Below, piece after piece: positions 63,101 through 63,632 of a stretch of 63,632 nucleotides of DNA. The stretch comes from Pseudomonadota bacterium (GTDB lineage Bacteria > Pseudomonadota > Alphaproteobacteria > Rhizobiales > Beijerinckiaceae). The position numbers and the translations under genes were made by a program. The DNA lies in contig JAEWKL010000790.1 of assembly GCA_023386115.1 (NCBI GenBank), positions 1-63,632 on the forward strand, given 5' to 3'. The stretch's first letter is position 1, and each line of letters starts with the position of its first letter. The notes beneath the pieces are model-generated. The model ran no database searches. It was given only the letters and a program-made list of their open reading frames with translations, and was not told where the DNA came from.

Positions 63101-63632
63101 GAGCGCCTAACAGAACGGCACGATCGTGGCGGTTGCGCGTTGGGCTGGTATGGCTCGCCCGCTTCTTCCCGACGATCTCTGGGCTGCGATCGCCCCGCTT
63201 CTGCCGCCGCACCCGCCTCGCCCCAAGGGTGGGCGTCCTCGGCTGGACGACCGCGCCGCCCTGACCGGTATCCTGTTCGTGCTCCGCTCGGGCCTCCCCT
63301 GGGAGATGCTGCCGGCCGAGATGAACTGCGGCTGCGGGATGAGCTGCTGGCGCCGGCTGCGCGACTGGCAGGCCGCCGGTGTGTGGCGGCGCTTGCATCA
63401 GGTCCTGCTTGAGCGCCTGCACGCGGCGGGCGAGATCGACTGGAGCCGGGCCAGCCTCGACAGCGCGAGCGTGCCGGCGAAAAAAGGGGGTCTGCCACCG
63501 GCCCGAGGTTGTGTCCCCTGGCGTGGTGTAGCTTCGGCGTGGCCACCACGATCACCGGCCGGGGCCGGATTGATCAGGCTGCCAGGGTGGGCAGGCTGAC
63601 GAGAGGATCATCGCCGATCGGGGCGATGCTTT
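63101..63632 (+). mobile_element. IS5-family element (orfA from 63150, slippery A6G5 site at 63480-63490; orfB not recognisable)
   Basis: LPDDLWAAIAPLLP...GGRPR.DDRAALTGILFVL.SG.PW; AAAAAAGGGGG. Confidence 0.85.

Overview
High-GC alphaproteobacterial DNA, probably Methylobacterium-like. That assignment is inferred from MucR/Ros, DUF6894-type proteins and alpha-type LexA, CtrA and sigmaEcfG motifs. The window is a mosaic, partly decaying accessory region; all assignments are by eye, with no database search. (1) 1-764: a ruvB with no ruvA/ruvC upstream, behind a small DUF6894-like gene with a perfect LexA box. (2) 885-9521: a general-stress-type block (PQQ sugar dehydrogenase, amber-interrupted GH13 glucosidase, two tandem SemiSWEETs, hydrolases) with sigmaEcfG-like promoters, largely bracketed by a ~195-bp diverged repeat. 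(3) 10.8-29 kb: Na+/H+ antiporter, then a MEDS / five-PAS kinase / two-response-regulator cluster with recurrent GATAC-N4-GTATC boxes in front of redox and hydrolase genes, including msrA, an sdhA pseudogene and ohr. (4) An IS1182 element and a rubble of gene fragments. (5) 32-38 kb: a defective prophage or satellite (DUF3987 remnant, two iteron arrays, P4-type primase-helicase, cro/cI switch with an apparently non-cleavable repressor). (6) 38-57 kb: Fic, ArsR, MucR, a ProQ/FinO remnant, two paralogous unknown genes each behind a CtrA half-site plus LexA box (one followed by a QLDLF clamp-motif gene), a diguanylate cyclase whose 3' end is duplicated around a Crp-DUF1127-mddA cassette, an integrase and a sorbosone dehydrogenase. 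(7) A GntR-controlled acid-catabolism operon and IS5 elements. No rRNA, tRNA or CRISPR array was seen. The best candidate for an undescribed system is the LexA/CtrA-controlled unknown-gene module at 46.2-47.3 kb and 52.2-52.7 kb.
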